A stretch of DNA of 64,000 nt, taken from contig OZ242320.1 of assembly GCA_965208125.1 (NCBI GenBank), positions 1,312,001-1,376,000 of the forward strand, given 5' to 3'. A program made the translations under genes and the position numbers. This document shows, piece after piece, positions 1-10,377 of this stretch. Source of the DNA: Candidatus Latescibacterota bacterium (GTDB lineage: Bacteria > Latescibacterota > UBA2968). A model generated the notes under the pieces. It was not told the DNA's origin and did not search any database. It was given only the letters and a program-made list of their open reading frames with translations. Every line of letters starts with the position of its first letter. The first letter of the stretch is position 1.

Positions 1-3000
1 TGTTTTACCGGCGTTTCCGGTTCGGGCAAGTCGTCGATGGCTTTTGACACCATCTATGCCGAAGGTCAGCGGCGTTATGTAGAATCCCTATCGGCGTATG
101 CGCGTCAATTTTTGGGACAGATGGAAAAACCCGAAGTAGATCAAATTACGGGATTGTCGCCAACGATCTCCATCGAACAAAAGACCGCGGGGCGCAATCC
201 CCGCTCAACCGTGGGCACAATAACCGAAATCTACGACTATTTGCGCGTATTATTTGCGCGAATTGGCACCCCCCATTGCGCACATGACGACACGCCAATT
301 GGGGCGCAAACGCGCGACGGCATTGTAGATCAAATCATGGCACTGGGTGAGGGCACGCGCATTCACATACTCTCTTCTCTCGTACAGGGGCGAAAAGGGG
401 AATACCAGGACCTGTTTGAAAATTTGCAAAAAGAGGGATATATCCGCGCGCGCGTGGATGGACAGATTGTAACATTGACCCAGACCCCGAAATTGGAGCG
501 CTACAAAAGACACGATATCGAAGTCGTAATCGATCGGATTATCGCAAAAAAAACAATGCAGGGGCGCATAGGCGAAGCCGTTGATGCCGGTCTCATAATG
601 GGTAAAGGAGCGGTCATTGTCAGCGCAGAAGGTGAAGACGACCTTCTGCTGAGTACGCACTTTTCCTGCCCCACCTGTGGACGCAGCGCACAGGAACCTG
701 TACCGCAATTATTCTCATTCAACAGCCCACAGGGCATGTGCCCCGGCTGTCGCGGTTTGGGCACGCGCTTTGCAATGGATCTGGCAAAAGCCGTTCCCAA
801 TCCCGAATTGTCCGTACTGGAAGGCGCTATCGCGCCGCTGGGCGTGCCCAAAAATCGGTGGAAATCTCACTATTACGCGGGCGTTTTGAAGCGCCATGGT
901 GCAAATTTGCAAACGCCATGGAAACGCATTTCACCAGAGGGCCAACAGGCATTATTATACGGCATAGACGGCAAAATGACCTTTGAATGGCGCCGCAGCA
1001 ACGGCAGTATAAAACGCCATCGCGATGGGTTTGAGGGCATCCTGCCCCCAATGGAGCGGCAGTTTGCCGAGGGACGGAGTCTCATCGTACGCAAACGACT
1101 GGCACCCTTCATGCGTGTGGGTATATGTCCCGTATGCGAAGGCACCCGCTTAAAACCCGAAGCCCTCTCCGTCAAAATCGAAGGACACACGCTACCCGAT
1201 GTCACGGCAATGACCGTCGATCGCGCGCACGCCTTTTTTCAGAACCTCAAATTGACCGAGATCCAGGCGCGAATTGCCGAAGACGCCCTGAAAGAAATTC
1301 GCGGGCGATTGAAATTTCTCCTCGATGTGGGTCTCGACTATCTCACACTCAACCGCACGGCACCGACACTATCGGGCGGCGAAGCGCAACGCATTCGCCT
1401 CGCCAGCCAGATTGGATCTGGATTGGTCGGTGTAACCTATGTACTGGACGAACCGTCAATTGGTCTGCACCACCGCGACAATCGGCGATTGCTCAATGCC
1501 CTGTGTCACCTGCGAGATGTGGGCAATACTGTGATCGTCGTCGAACACGACGAAGACACCATGCGGCGCGCGGATCGGGTGGTGGATTTTGGACCCGGTC
1601 CCGGGCACCTCGGTGGTCGAATAGTCGCCGAGGGATCGTGGAAACAGGTAGCGAGAAGAACCCGCTCGGTAACGGGCGCTTATCTCTCGGGAAAAGAAAA
1701 AATAGCAGTGCCCGAAAGGCGCTCCGTATCGCATCGCGGCTTATGGATTCGGGGTGCTCACCACAATAATCTCAAAAATATCGACGTGAAAATTCCCGTC
1801 GGCGTATTTACCTGTGTCACGGGCGTATCCGGATCGGGAAAATCATCGCTAATTGCCGATATCCTCTATCCCGCTCTCGCGCGAGAACTCAACCGCGCAG
1901 AAACGGAAACAGGCGCGCACCGCTGCATTGAGGGCATAGATCTCCTGGACAAAGTCATCGAGATCAACCAGCAACCCATCGGGCGCACACCGCGCAGCAA
2001 CGCGGCGACATACACGGGTGTATTTGATCCCATTCGAAAATTATTTGCCGAATTGCCCGAGTCAAAAGTACGGGGATACAAACCCGGACGCTTTAGTTTT
2101 AACGTAAAGGGCGGCCGGTGCGAGGCGTGTAAGGGCAATGGCGCAAACCTCGTCGAAATGGATTTTCTCGCCGACGTGTGGGTGACGTGTCCCGTGTGTG
2201 AAGGGCGGCGTTTTAATCGCGAAACCCTGGACGTGAAGTATAAGGGCAAATCCATTGCCGATGTGCTGGCGATGGAAGTCGAAGAGGCGCATCTGTTTTT
2301 TCAAGCGATCCCCGGTATTCACCGCATTCTCCAAACCCTGGTTGATGTGGGAATGGGCTACGTCAAATTGGGCCAGCCCGCGCCAACACTCTCCGGTGGC
2401 GAAGCACAACGGGTCAAACTATCAAAAGAACTGTGCCGCAGAAGCACGGGCAAAACCCTGTACATCCTGGACGAACCGACGACGGGCCTGCATTTTGCCG
2501 ATATACAAAATCTCTTGAATGTATTGCATCGGCTCGTGAATATGGGCAATTCCGTGGTGGTTATCGAGCACAACCTGGACGTAATCAAAACCGCGGATTG
2601 GGTAATCGATCTGGGACCTGAAGGCGGCGAAGATGGCGGACAAATTCTGACAGAAGGCACACCCGAACACCTGACGCAATCTCCCAACTCTCATACAGGA
2701 CACGCGCTTTGCGAAGTGCTATCGCGCACGCCACTCGTATCTGGGAAAAACGGTAAACGAATCGCCAATGGCCATGTGCGGACCATTGACATTGTGGGTG
2801 CGCGGGAGAACAACTTACAAAATGTGGATGTATCCATTCCCCGCGAAAAAATGACCGTGATCTCCGGCGTATCGGGTTCGGGAAAATCTTCCCTGGCACT
2901 CGACACAATTTACGCTGAGGGACAGCGGAGATATGTCGAATCCCTATCCGCTTATGCGCGGCAATTTCTGGGACAGATGCCCAAGCCAAAGGTAGATCGC

Positions 3001-5574
3001 GTGGTGGGCTTATCGCCCGCGATCGCCATAGAACAAAAAGCCGCGAGCAAAAACCCGCGCTCGACCGTAGGCACCGTAACAGAGGTTTACGATTACCTGC
3101 GGGCACTCTACGCATTATTGGGCGATACCTATTGCCCAGATTGCGATGTATTGGCGGGCAGTCAGTCCGTTCGGGAAATTGTAACGCGCGTGCTGAAAAT
3201 GAAACGACGCCTCTACCTTCTCGCACCCGTAGAACTCGGCAAAGGCGAAGATTATACCAGCTTGATCAACCGCTTTCGCCGCGAAGGCTACTTGCGCGGC
3301 AGACTCAATGGCGATGTCTTCAACCTGTCAAACCCACCCGAAATCGATTACAGACAGACTCACAGGCTCGAAATCCTGATAGATCGCATAATCGCAGAAA
3401 AAAAGAACCGCAAACGCATCGCGGATTCCATCGAAAGCGCGCTGGATATTTCGGGAGGCATTTTGATCGTCGCATCGCCCGACGACAGCGAAGAAACGCG
3501 ATTCAGCCAGCATCTCTCGTGTCCATCCTGCGGGCGCAGTTTTGAAACAATAACCCCTCAGCATCTATCTTTTAACAGCTCTGAAGGCTGGTGCTTATCG
3601 TGCGAAGGACTGGGAACGCAGCGCGGCATGGGCATCCACACATTAATCCCCGACACTCACAAATCACTGTCCGAAGGCGCAGTACTCGCCTGGGGAAAGG
3701 TAGAACCGCACACACAACTGGGCAACATGCTATCTGCGGTCGGCGAAGCCGCGGGCTTTGACCTGCACATCCCTTTTGCGCAAATATCGGCAAAGGGACA
3801 ACACGCGATCTTATACGGCCTGGGCACACAGTGGCTAAAGACCTCTAAAAATCTCTCATTCCAATTCAAGGGCCTGTTTCCCACAATTGAGACCCTCGTG
3901 CGGCAAGCGCCGCGTTTTCGGCGTCTAATGGGAGACTTTATCCAGGATGTGCCGTGTCCGTCCTGCAAGGGAACCCGTCTAAAGCCAGAAAGTACTGCCA
4001 TAAAACTCTTCGGCAAAACAATGCCCCAACTGGTAGCAATGCCCATCCGCGAAGTACGCACCTATTTCGACACAATGGTATTGGAAGGACAGGCGCGCGA
4101 AGCCGCCGCAGAGGTATTGCACGAAATCCAGAGCCGCCTGCGGTTTCTCGACGAAGTGGGCCTGGGATATTTGAACCTGGGACGGCGAGCACCCACGCTA
4201 TCGGGCGGCGAAGCACAGCGCATTCGCCTCGCCAGTCAGATCGGCTCCGGTCTCACCGGAGTACTCTACGTACTCGACGAACCGACAATTGGCCTGCACC
4301 AGCGCGACAACCACCAGTTATTGGCCGCACTGACACAACTGCGCGACCTGGGCAACTCGCTCCTCATTGTCGAACACGACCGCGAGACCCTGAACAGGGC
4401 GGATCACATTTTGGACTTTGGACCCGGCGCGGGTGTTGAAGGCGGGCGCATAGTAGCTGCGGGCAATCCGCGCAATTTGAAAAGCAACAACGGCTCGGTA
4501 ACCGCGCATTATCTCGCGGGCGATCTGCAAATCGAGGTCCCCGATGTGCGGCGAAACCCCGAACGGGGATCGCTTTCTGTGGTAGGCGCGCGGCATAACA
4601 ATTTAAAAAATGTCCATGTCTCATTTCCGCTGGGCACCTTGACCTGCGTGACCGGCGTATCTGGCTCGGGTAAAAGTTCGCTCGTCAACGACGTACTCTT
4701 CGGCGCGCTCGCCGCCCGCGTGAACCGCGCACAAAAAGCCTGGGGAGAACACGACGATGTGCTGGGACTGGAACTCATCGACAAAGTGATCAACATCGAC
4801 CAGACACCCATTGGCTATTCGCCGCGCAGCAATCCCGCGACCTATGTCAAAGTATTCGACAAAATACGCACCCTGTATGCCAGTTTGCCAGACGCCCAGG
4901 TGCGCGGATTTAAAACCGGGCATTTCAGCTTTAATCACAAGCACGGGCGGTGCGATGCCTGTGCGGGCCTGGGCGCGCGCTGTATAGAAATGCACTTCTT
5001 GCCCGATGTGTGGATCACATGTGAAAATTGTGGCGGAAAGCGCTACAACCGCGACGTGATCGACATAACCTATAAGGGTGCGTCAATCGCCGATGTCCTA
5101 AAAATGACAGTAGCCGAAGCCCTATCGCATTTTACCCATATACCCGGCATCCAGCGATCGCTCCAAACCCTATTTGACGTGGGCCTGGGCTATATCAAAA
5201 TGGGACAGGCATCGACCACACTCTCGGGCGGCGAAGCCCAGCGCGTAAAATTGGCGCGCGAATTGGCGCGACCGAGCACCGGAAAAACCGTGTATATCCT
5301 CGACGAACCGACAACGGGACTGCACTTTGCCGACATCCAGAAATTGCTCGACGTACTCAACCGACTCGTCAACGCGGGCAATACCGCAATCGTAATCGAA
5401 CACAACCTGGACGTAATCAAAACCGCCGACTGGGTCATCGACCTGGGACCAGAAGGCGGAGAAGACGGTGGCGATTTAATAGCTTGTGGAACGCCCGAAG
5501 ACGTGGTATCTGTCACAGCTTCACACACCGGACGATTCTTGAAGGACGTATTGGCAGGTATTGAAACAGGGTAA
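1..5574 (+). CDS. uvrA: Excinuclease ABC subunit A, double-length (two fused UvrA units); 5' end outside the window
   Basis: Frame open from base 1 (CFTGVSGSGKSSMAFDTIYAEGQRRYVESLS). Four GVSGSGKSS Walker A motifs, four LSGGEAQR signature motifs, LDEP Walker B motifs and CxxC zinc modules; the UvrA N-terminal motif DTIYAEGQRRYVESLSAYARQFL occurs twice. Confidence 0.97.
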   Translation, partial: CFTGVSGSGKSSMAFDTIYAEGQRRYVESLSAYARQFLGQMEKPEVDQITGLSPTISIEQKTAGRNPRSTVGTITEIYDYLRVLFARIGTPHCAHDDTPIGAQTRDGIVDQIMALGEGTRIHILSSLVQGRKGEYQDLFENLQKEGYIRARVDGQIVTLTQTPKLERYKRHDIEVVIDRIIAKKTMQGRIGEAVDAGLIMGKGAVIVSAEGEDDLLLSTHFSCPTCGRSAQEPVPQLFSFNSPQGMCPGCRGLGTRFAMDLAKAVPNPELSVLEGAIAPLGVPKNRWKSHYYAGVLKRHGANLQTPWKRISPEGQQALLYGIDGKMTFEWRRSNGSIKRHRDGFEGILPPMERQFAEGRSLIVRKRLAPFMRVGICPVCEGTRLKPEALSVKIEGHTLPDVTAMTVDRAHAFFQNLKLTEIQARIAEDALKEIRGRLKFLLDVGLDYLTLNRTAPTLSGGEAQRIRLASQIGSGLVGVTYVLDEPSIGLHHRDNRRLLNALCHLRDVGNTVIVVEHDEDTMRRADRVVDFGPGPGHLGGRIVAEGSWKQVARRTRSVTGAYLSGKEKIAVPERRSVSHRGLWIRGAHHNNLKNIDVKIPVGVFTCVTGVSGSGKSSLIADILYPALARELNRAETETGAHRCIEGIDLLDKVIEINQQPIGRTPRSNAATYTGVFDPIRKLFAELPESKVRGYKPGRFSFNVKGGRCEACKGNGANLVEMDFLADVWVTCPVCEGRRFNRETLDVKYKGKSIADVLAMEVEEAHLFFQAIPGIHRILQTLVDVGMGYVKLGQPAPTLSGGEAQRVKLSKELCRRSTGKTLYILDEPTTGLHFADIQNLLNVLHRLVNMGNSVVVIEHNLDVIKTADWVIDLGPEGGEDGGQILTEGTPEHLTQSPNSHTGHALCEVLSRTPLVSGKNGKRIANGHVRTIDIVGARENNLQNVDVSIPREKMTVISGVSGSGKSSLALDTIYAEGQRRYVESLSAYARQFLGQMPKPKVDRVVGLSPAIAIEQKAASKNPRSTVGTVTEVYDYLRALYALLGDTYCPDCDVLAGSQSVREIVTRVLKMKRRLYLLAPVELGKGEDYTSLINRFRREGYLRGRLNGDVFNLSNPPEIDYRQTHRLEILIDRIIAEKKNRKRIADSIESALDISGGILIVASPDDSEETRFSQHLSCPSCGRSFETITPQHLSFNSSEGWCLSCEGLGTQRGMGIHTLIPDTHKSLSEGAVLAWGKVEPHTQLGNMLSAVGEAAGFDLHIPFAQISAKGQHAILYGLGTQWLKTSKNLSFQFKGLFPTIETLVRQAPRFRRLMGDFIQDVPCPSCKGTRLKPESTAIKLFGKTMPQLVAMPIREVRTYFDTMVLEGQAREAAAEVLHEIQSRLRFLDEVGLGYLNLGRRAPTLSGGEAQRIRLASQIGSGLTGVLYVLDEPTIGLHQRDNHQLLAALTQLRDLGNSLLIVEHDRETLNRADHILDFGPGAGVEGGRIVAAGNPRNLKSNNGSVTAHYLAGDLQIEVPDVRRNPERGSLSVVGARHNNLKNVHVSFPLGTLTCVTGVSGSGKSSLVNDVLFGALAARVNRAQKAWGEHDDVLGLELIDKVINIDQTPIGYSPRSNPATYVKVFDKIRTLYASLPDAQVRGFKTGHFSFNHKHGRCDACAGLGARCIEMHFLPDVWITCENCGGKRYNRDVIDITYKGASIADVLKMTVAEALSHFTHIPGIQRSLQTLFDVGLGYIKMGQASTTLSGGEAQRVKLARELARPSTGKTVYILDEPTTGLHFADIQKLLDVLNRLVNAGNTAIVIEHNLDVIKTADWVIDLGPEGGEDGGDLIACGTPEDVVSVTASHTGRFLKDVLAGIETG

Positions 5575-5621
5575 TGCAGTATAAAAAGTCTTTCCTGCAT
5601 ATACAGTTTTTTCCTTTTATG

Positions 5622-5692
5622 CCTTCGGCGACCGACTTTTTGTCACCAGCAACAAAAAGTCGGCAAAAAATGCCGCTCTCAAACGCCGAGGG
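5622..5692. repeat. Intergenic palindromic element (nested stem-loop)
   Basis: Perfect 12-bp inverted repeat CCGACTTTTTGT / ACAAAAAGTCGG (5632-5663), enclosed by CCTTCGGCG / CGCCGAGGG arms. Confidence 0.5.
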
Positions 5693-5941
5693 GCTGGCAC
5701 AGCGCAAATCGTTTTTGTGATAGTACAACATGCAGTGGCCTTCACAGTTGGGATGCCATAAAAACATCCGCTGCGAGACGGACTCACGCGCTGTGCACCA
5801 CGACTTTAAAAGACCAAATAGTGACGAAAATTGGAAAATGTTGTATTCCTTGGAGGAAATAGCTTATCTTGGTTGTCATTGCGGCATGGTGTTTAGCCGC
5901 AATCCAGTCTGCCAAATAAGAACAAAATGAGGTAAACAGTT

Positions 5942-8107
5942 ATGACTCTTAAAACTCATGACGGAGTATCCTCGCTCTCTGAAACCGAGAGCGTAATTAG
6001 AGAATATGAAACAGGAGAAGAGCAGCGACATGCCCAACAATTACTCGGCTCTCTCGTACAGGCCGATCAGTATGTAGGGGAGGTCTATTCGCTTGGGTAT
6101 GAGACCGCTCTTGTGCAAATTCACGATTTCCACCGCCGAGAGGTTGGCGGTATTCCAAGTCTTTGCTTTCTCATCGCCACGCGAATTGGTCCGGACGAGA
6201 CATTCGACTACACTAAGGAAGATAGTTCGATAATTCTACTACGCGTAATGGATGCAGCACCGTTGCCAAACGCGGACGAGGCGACCAGAGTGCGTGTACA
6301 GGCTGCGCAGCAGGTATCTGGTCCTACTGAAGAGCATTGGGATCATTCCGACGTGATGGACTTTAATACTTCACAGCTATTAAGTTACGCCGGAGTGCAG
6401 TGCCGTGTCATCGGGACGTTCTATTTGCAACCTTCAGGCGTTGGGGTCGATGAACGGCTACGTCTCCAGTTTGGTGCTGACCTGTCGAACTATTACCCCA
6501 ACCAAGGGCTGAAGGTTTATAAACCGAATGGCAAGGCTTTGCGGCAGATAGTAAATTATCGTGAGATAGACAGCACTGGAGTGGACATCGGCGAAGTTCG
6601 GTACGCCTCAACCAACCGCGCTTTTCAAGGCATTTTCGACGTTCCAGTGACAATTGTACCGGAAGACTTGTTAGGGCAAAAAAGCGCACTATTCGGGATG
6701 ACACGGACTGGTAAGTCGAATACGACGAAGATCATAGCAGAGGCGGTGTTCAATCTTCGATATAATTCGAATTCGCCGCGGAAGGTGGGGCAGATCATCT
6801 TCGATCCGAATGGAGAATACGCTAATGCCAATGCACAAGACTCCGGTGGGGAGGCTCCAAATGCGCTCAAGAACGTGTGGCGTGGACGCAAGGAGGGTAA
6901 TTCCGAAGATGTGGTTACTTATGGAATCCTTGATCATCCCAATGATCCCGAACGGGAGTTCATGTTGCTAAACTTCCACGCCGAAGAGAACCTACCTATT
7001 GGAAAAGAAATCATTGACGGGGTGCTGCCAGCACGAGACTCAAAGTACATCCAGAACTTCCAGCAAGTTCGTTTACAGCCACTTGAATCAGGAGCGGGAT
7101 TCGGAGACCAGATCCGCTACGCTCGACAAGTGTTGGCATATCGTACCTTGCTGGTAAAGTCTGACTTTACCGCTCCCAACACTATTCAGCCGCGCACTAC
7201 CCTCCCCAACAACCTCTTTAACCAAGACCTGATCCAAGCACTGACAGATAACGGAGACCCCGAATTTGCGTCCGCGGCGCGAACATTTGGAACAGAAATA
7301 CCGAGTTGGGACCGACTGGCGCAGGCGTTCGAAGCACTCCATAGGTTCATAGGGACTAACGATTACAAAAGTTTTGAGAATGAATACATTCAAAACTCCT
7401 CTTCTGGCGAGGCGTGGGCTGATGGAGATCTAAAAGCCATATTAGAGATGATTGCACGTCCGAATGGTGCTCAACTCATTAGACAGGCACGGCCTCAGCA
7501 TACCGAGAGCACTACTACGGATTATGTTGACGATATTTATAATGCGTTAGTTGCTGGGAAACTCGTGATCGTGGATCAGTCCAGCGGAGATGAGGAAATA
7601 AACGACGCCTCGGCGCGTCGAATCGTGCAACGCATCTTTGACGGCAATAAAGAAGCATTCAGAGAGGGACGCTCGAAGGAAGAAATACCGGATATTCTCA
7701 TTTACGCTGAGGAAGCGCATAACCTGCTTCCGTCGGATCGCGAGACAGATTATCGAGATATATGGGTTCGCACAGCAAAGGAAGGCGCAAAGTACAATCT
7801 CGGCTTGATCTACGTCACACAGGAAGTGTCGAGTATCCAAAGGAATATTCTAAAGAATACTGCGAACTGGTTTATCGGCCACCTCAATAACACGGATGAA
7901 ACGCGAGAACTTCGAAAGTTCTATGACTTCGCTGATTTTGAAGGGTCGATTCTCCGCGCCCAAGATAAAGGCTTTCTCCGAGTCAAAACTATTTCAAATC
8001 CTTTCGTGGTCCCCATACAGGTGCAGGAGTTTAAGTTAAAGCTGGTTAAACTGGAGGCTTCTGCATCACAGTCGGGGACTCCTACACAACAACTCAACTT
8101 GGTATAG
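5942..8107 (+). CDS. herA: HerA/FtsK-family ATPase (DUF87, HerA helicase-like)
   Basis: Walker A GMTRTGKSNT, IIFDPNGEY motif, Walker B IYAEEAHN, KEGAKYNLGLIYVTQ motif, HAS-barrel-like N-terminus; immediately upstream of a NurA gene. Confidence 0.88.
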   Translation: MTLKTHDGVSSLSETESVIREYETGEEQRHAQQLLGSLVQADQYVGEVYSLGYETALVQIHDFHRREVGGIPSLCFLIATRIGPDETFDYTKEDSSIILLRVMDAAPLPNADEATRVRVQAAQQVSGPTEEHWDHSDVMDFNTSQLLSYAGVQCRVIGTFYLQPSGVGVDERLRLQFGADLSNYYPNQGLKVYKPNGKALRQIVNYREIDSTGVDIGEVRYASTNRAFQGIFDVPVTIVPEDLLGQKSALFGMTRTGKSNTTKIIAEAVFNLRYNSNSPRKVGQIIFDPNGEYANANAQDSGGEAPNALKNVWRGRKEGNSEDVVTYGILDHPNDPEREFMLLNFHAEENLPIGKEIIDGVLPARDSKYIQNFQQVRLQPLESGAGFGDQIRYARQVLAYRTLLVKSDFTAPNTIQPRTTLPNNLFNQDLIQALTDNGDPEFASAARTFGTEIPSWDRLAQAFEALHRFIGTNDYKSFENEYIQNSSSGEAWADGDLKAILEMIARPNGAQLIRQARPQHTESTTTDYVDDIYNALVAGKLVIVDQSSGDEEINDASARRIVQRIFDGNKEAFREGRSKEEIPDILIYAEEAHNLLPSDRETDYRDIWVRTAKEGAKYNLGLIYVTQEVSSIQRNILKNTANWFIGHLNNTDETRELRKFYDFADFEGSILRAQDKGFLRVKTISNPFVVPIQVQEFKLKLVKLEASASQSGTPTQQLNLV

Positions 8108-8110
8108 ACT

Positions 8111-9475
8111 ATGCCATTTGAAGGCGAATTTGCAAGTTATAAGCCACTCGCACGGATCGCTAATAGCGAACGCGTTCAGGATATTGTGAGTCGATGTAAG
8201 AAACAGGTACCCGATGAAGGGCCAGCAGAGGCAGAACTACTTATTGCCGATGTGAAACCGAGTGACTGGCTACCCGATCTCGTTCTCGCCATAGATGGAA
8301 GTCTCCATCCGCCGGTACCAGTCGAGAATGGATATCCTGGGGCAGAACTGGCCTACCTCACTGTTGCCTCAGTTATTATCGATGTGAAGAAACAACGTGA
8401 ATTGGACCGAAACCGCCCGGTGGCTCCGTTGGTGGCGCGTACAACCGAAGGGGCGGGTAGCATCGACTGTGCGCTTCCCGGTTGCAACGTAGTTGTGGAT
8501 AATGAACTGACTCCAAACGCTTCATTCCGCCGCGTATTCTTTGAGGCCATCCAGGAGAAACGTCCATTCTCTGACGGAGAAACACTACTTGAGACATACG
8601 AGGCACTTTTGAAGTACAAACCTTCGATACGATCGCAGCAGTGTCCCTATGAGGGTTGCGAGTTTGACTACGATCCGCGCCCAGGTATGATGGATTGCAG
8701 ATGCGAACAGAAATTGAATTGGTACTCAACCGATGCCCTCCGCATTCACGAGAGGTTTAATCCGGTAGGACCAAATGGAGCAGTTTTTACAGAGGCAATG
8801 CAGGTGTGGGAGCGGGTGTGGATCGTGAACTTTCTTCGCTGGATTGAGCGCGATCCTCGACGCTTCCGACTGCTTCGCAACCTCGCCATTATTCTCGATG
8901 GACCGCTTGCGGTATTTGGACAACCGGCCTGGCTTAGCCAAGCGATACGTCAAGAATTAAAACGCATCAACGAGGCTGTTCGCAAAGTGATAGATAGCGA
9001 TATTCTGATCGTCGGTATCGTAAAAAGCGGGGCATTTGTTGATCACTACGAGATATTAGATACTCCTACACATGGAACAAACGGAAACTCACGATTCAAG
9101 CCACAGACAGCAGTACTCCTCACAAACGAATATATCCGTACTCACATCGCCATCAGTGCCATCAATGATAAACCGTTTGGTGATGCCACTTACTTTGGGC
9201 GGACGTTTTTCTATAAAACCTCTTCAGGTGCTCGGATCGTTGCCTCCCTTCCCTTTCTCACAGAGGATGCACGGGACCTATCGAGTGGGGATGCAAGGCA
9301 CTTTCCGCGCCTTGCTGATGCCATGAGCCTGCTTGATGCGACCTTCTCAGCACGCTTTCCGAATGCGGTGGCTCCGCTCGTATCAGCCCACGCCGAGGCA
9401 GCGATTCCACTTAATCTTGGACGCGAAGTCCTCGAGCAACTTGCAAAGAAGCTGATGTCCGAGGAGCAATCATGA
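8111..9475 (+). CDS. nurA: NurA-family nuclease (RNase H-like fold)
   Basis: LAIDGS, IILDGPL, VGIVKSG and C-terminal AHAEA motifs typical of NurA; starts 3 bp after the HerA stop. Confidence 0.85.
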   Translation: MPFEGEFASYKPLARIANSERVQDIVSRCKKQVPDEGPAEAELLIADVKPSDWLPDLVLAIDGSLHPPVPVENGYPGAELAYLTVASVIIDVKKQRELDRNRPVAPLVARTTEGAGSIDCALPGCNVVVDNELTPNASFRRVFFEAIQEKRPFSDGETLLETYEALLKYKPSIRSQQCPYEGCEFDYDPRPGMMDCRCEQKLNWYSTDALRIHERFNPVGPNGAVFTEAMQVWERVWIVNFLRWIERDPRRFRLLRNLAIILDGPLAVFGQPAWLSQAIRQELKRINEAVRKVIDSDILIVGIVKSGAFVDHYEILDTPTHGTNGNSRFKPQTAVLLTNEYIRTHIAISAINDKPFGDATYFGRTFFYKTSSGARIVASLPFLTEDARDLSSGDARHFPRLADAMSLLDATFSARFPNAVAPLVSAHAEAAIPLNLGREVLEQLAKKLMSEEQS

Positions 9476-10377
9476 TACAAGAGGGGATAGCACGCTGGGC
9501 TGCCGTAGGTCCGTACTATGCAATGTTTCCAATGCACTTTGCTTTCGAGGTTATTGAGGGGTACACGCAGCCCGGAGACCGCATCCTTGATCCATTCGTT
9601 GGACGAGGGTCAAGTATCTATGCTGCTGCAGCTAAAGAACGAACAGGATGTGGTATAGAGATTAATCCAGTCGGATGGGTGTACAGTAGCGTAAAACTAC
9701 GCCCAGTAACACAAGGGCGCGTTCTTAAGCGCTTGCGAGAAATCGGATATGAGGCTAAAAGAATAGCCATAGGTCGTGCGAACCTACCTACGTTCTTCGA
9801 ATGGGCTTATGCGCCAGATGTGTTGCGTTTTTTACTGGCCTCTCGTGATATCCTGCGCTGGAGAGATAGTAAAGTAGATCGTACATTGATGGCGTTTATC
9901 CTGATACACCTGCACGGCAAACGCCTGGGTTCGCTATCTAACCAGATGCGGGACAGTAAATCAATGGCTCCTGATTATGCCGTGCGGTGGTGGCGCAAGC
10001 GCGAAATGAGACCTCCTGACATAGATCCTGTAGCCTTTTTAGAACAGCGGATTGAACGGCGGTATAAGAAGGGAACACCTGACTTGGAGGGTGAAGTGCT
10101 TCTTGGGGACAGTGTTCAACTACTTAATTCAAATAGGCGACGACGCGCTTTTGCTTTGCCATTTGATCTCCTGTTCACGTCGCCACCCTACTATGGCGTG
10201 ACCAACTATCACTACGACCAGTGGCTCCGTTTATGGATGCTCGGACATGATCCAACTCCGCGATGGCGAGGAGGGCGTTGGCAGAGAAAATTTCAGTCGA
10301 GGTCTGATTACCTCGAACTACTTGCGGATGTGTTTGGTGGGGCTGCCCACGCATGCGCGATAATGCTATTGTCATAG
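9472..10377 (+). CDS. Site-specific amino-DNA methyltransferase (N4-cytosine/N6-adenine type, motif I before motif IV); C-terminus apparently frameshifted
   Basis: GPYYAMFP (motif X-like), ILDPFVGRGS (motif I), GIEINP, FTSPPY (motif IV); ATGA overlap with the nurA stop. Confidence 0.85.
   Translation: MIQEGIARWAAVGPYYAMFPMHFAFEVIEGYTQPGDRILDPFVGRGSSIYAAAAKERTGCGIEINPVGWVYSSVKLRPVTQGRVLKRLREIGYEAKRIAIGRANLPTFFEWAYAPDVLRFLLASRDILRWRDSKVDRTLMAFILIHLHGKRLGSLSNQMRDSKSMAPDYAVRWWRKREMRPPDIDPVAFLEQRIERRYKKGTPDLEGEVLLGDSVQLLNSNRRRRAFALPFDLLFTSPPYYGVTNYHYDQWLRLWMLGHDPTPRWRGGRWQRKFQSRSDYLELLADVFGGAAHACAIMLLS

Noticed and set aside
5730-5930. 66-aa ORF upstream of herA as a fourth component of the system
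   Set aside because: No RBS or recognisable motif; cannot be supported from sequence alone.
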